Part shown: positions 15,512-16,967 of the stretch, one piece after another
Position numbering within the stretch: the stretch's first letter is position 1
Layout of the letters: each line of letters begins with the position of its first letter
Origin: Candidatus Odinarchaeota archaeon
Lineage (GTDB): Archaea; Asgardarchaeota; Odinarchaeia; Odinarchaeales; Odinarchaeaceae
NCBI GenBank assembly: GCA_038826135.1
Contig: JAWBON010000026.1
Span: forward strand, 1 to 16,967
Direction of reading: 5' to 3'
Length of the DNA: 16,967 nucleotides
Notes under the pieces: model-generated
Database searches by the model: none
Seen by the model: the letters and a program-made list of their open reading frames with translations, nothing else
Told to the model about the DNA's origin: nothing
Program-made: the position numbers and the translations under genes

Positions 15512-16885
15512 ATGGAGAAGCTGACAAAATCCCGAGTGAAAGAACTTTTATGTGGAGCTTACAGGTCTCCAGTAAACGGATGGCTACGTGTTCACCTTCA
15601 CGGGGAACCTTACCAAATAGGTTTCCAACACGGCTGTCTGCTCGCTAACGAAATAAAACACGCCTTAACCGTTTTAAGCGCATTCTTTGACATAGAGTAT
15701 AAGATCCCCTGGAATAAGTTCAGACAGATCGCTGAAGAATTATATTTACCGAAGATACCTAAAGAACAGCTTGAAGAGATGAAAGGCATCTCTGAAGGAG
15801 CCGGATACGCGGGTGTGAACGGAATAGATCTTACAGACATTATAGCAATTAACGGTTACGGTGACACATTAACATACTACGCTTGGAAGCAAAATGAAGC
15901 GGACCCCTCTTCAAGTATACCTGCACCAGGCCACTGCAGCGCCTTCATAGCCACAGGCGACGCTACCGAGAACAGTGAAATTGTTTTAGCGCATAACATG
16001 TGGTGGAACTATGTTCTCGGAGGGCTTTTTAACATTATGATGACCATAGAGCCTGAGAAAGGTTATAAAATGTTTATTGAAACCGGCCCAGGCTCCATAG
16101 GCGGTAACACTATAGACTGGGATATGAATGAAGCTGGCTTAATGGTATCCGAGACAACGATCACAGCAGCCGTCACCTTCAACCCTAAGGGAACACCATA
16201 TTTTGTAAGAGGTAGAAAAGCTATACAGTACGCTGATTCAATTGATAAATGGCTTGAAATAATGTTAGCCGACAACAACGGCGGTTTCGCCTGTGACTGG
16301 CTTGTCGGAGATATTAAAACAAACGAAATATTATGGCTTGAACTAGCCACCAAACATCACGCTATTAAAAGATCTAAAAATGGTTTCTTTGTAGGATCTA
16401 ATTTAGCGCTGGACCCTAAAGTTAGAACAGAAACAGTGGTCGACTACAATAATCAGACTCGCTCCCATACCGCCAGATACTGCAGATTAAACCCTCTTAT
16501 ACAAGCCAATTATGGAAAGCTTAACATAGAGCTTGGTAAACTTATACTCGCAGACCACTTCGACGTTACAACAAATAAGGAAAGCCCTTCAAGCAACACG
16601 GTGTGCGGCCATATCGAACTCGACCACCGCGGCTGGCCTGAATGGGGAGCCGGCCCATATTACCCGTTTGGAACAACAGACGGGAAAGTCGTTAACTCCG
16701 AGCTTATATTAAAAGGCCAGCAATGGGCTCATTGGGGTAAACCATGCGGAGTCTCATTCATAGCTAAAGAATATTTCTCAAAACATAGCGAATACGCATG
16801 GCAGCAAAAATATATGAAAGATATAATAGCATACCCGTGGACGCTTTTATCCGCGGATCCCCCCTGGAATGACAAAACTAGATGA
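15512..16885 (+). CDS. Peptidase C45 / phospholipase B-like N-terminal-nucleophile (Ntn) hydrolase
   Basis: VHLHGEPYQIGFQHGCLL prodomain motif; GHCSAFIATG...IVLAHN with putative nucleophile Cys142 (15935-15937); MNEAGLMVSETTI, DNNGG, DWLVGD. No signal peptide seen. Confidence 0.85.
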   Translation: MEKLTKSRVKELLCGAYRSPVNGWLRVHLHGEPYQIGFQHGCLLANEIKHALTVLSAFFDIEYKIPWNKFRQIAEELYLPKIPKEQLEEMKGISEGAGYAGVNGIDLTDIIAINGYGDTLTYYAWKQNEADPSSSIPAPGHCSAFIATGDATENSEIVLAHNMWWNYVLGGLFNIMMTIEPEKGYKMFIETGPGSIGGNTIDWDMNEAGLMVSETTITAAVTFNPKGTPYFVRGRKAIQYADSIDKWLEIMLADNNGGFACDWLVGDIKTNEILWLELATKHHAIKRSKNGFFVGSNLALDPKVRTETVVDYNNQTRSHTARYCRLNPLIQANYGKLNIELGKLILADHFDVTTNKESPSSNTVCGHIELDHRGWPEWGAGPYYPFGTTDGKVVNSELILKGQQWAHWGKPCGVSFIAKEYFSKHSEYAWQQKYMKDIIAYPWTLLSADPPWNDKTR

Positions 16886-16967
16886 ATTCACAATATAAAA
16901 CACTACTTGATAAAGATACTAGAAAATATTAAAAATATACGCAGCCTATACGTGTTTGGTGAGTTTT

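Noticed and set aside
14780-16353. Minus-strand ORFs 14780-15139, 15610-15840 and 16063-16353
   Set aside because: Antisense shadows of the GlmU-like and C45 genes.
16883-16967. Frame stays open for 27 codons after the TGA of the C45 gene (possible Sec or readthrough)
   Set aside because: Homology ends before the TGA, no SECIS-like hairpin is evident, and such open runs are common. The terminal GGTGAG more likely serves the next gene.

Overview
AT-rich, gene-dense archaeal window with 14 supportable CDSs. I found no rRNA, tRNA, CRISPR array or mobile element. Ribosomal protein S26e, a stand-alone roadblock/LC7 protein, H4MPT enzymes (Mch, Fae-Hps) and a giant sequon-rich single-pass surface protein together suggest a TACK/Asgard archaeon, most likely Asgard (inference). 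Gene order: 5'-truncated giant surface protein (+); FAH-family hydrolase and roadblock protein (-); class I aminotransferase, rps26e, trmY, PadR regulator, trxB and a 451-aa orphan (+); 189-aa helical orphan and mch (-); fae-hps, GlmU-like protein and C45/phospholipase-B-like Ntn hydrolase (+). Best leads: (1) the 451-aa orphan keeps the full motif order of a HerA/FtsK/VirB4/VirD4 ATPase with degenerate Walker motifs, so it may be a pseudo-ATPase; (2) the giant surface protein is receptor-like, with a ~200-aa cytoplasmic tail carrying a duplicated helical motif; (3) the GlmU-like protein has lost key residues in both active sites, recalling the inactive eIF2B-gamma/epsilon and GMPPA proteins; (4) the roadblock protein has a long acidic tail and terminal amphipathic helix. 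All domain calls come from reading motifs by eye; no searches were run.
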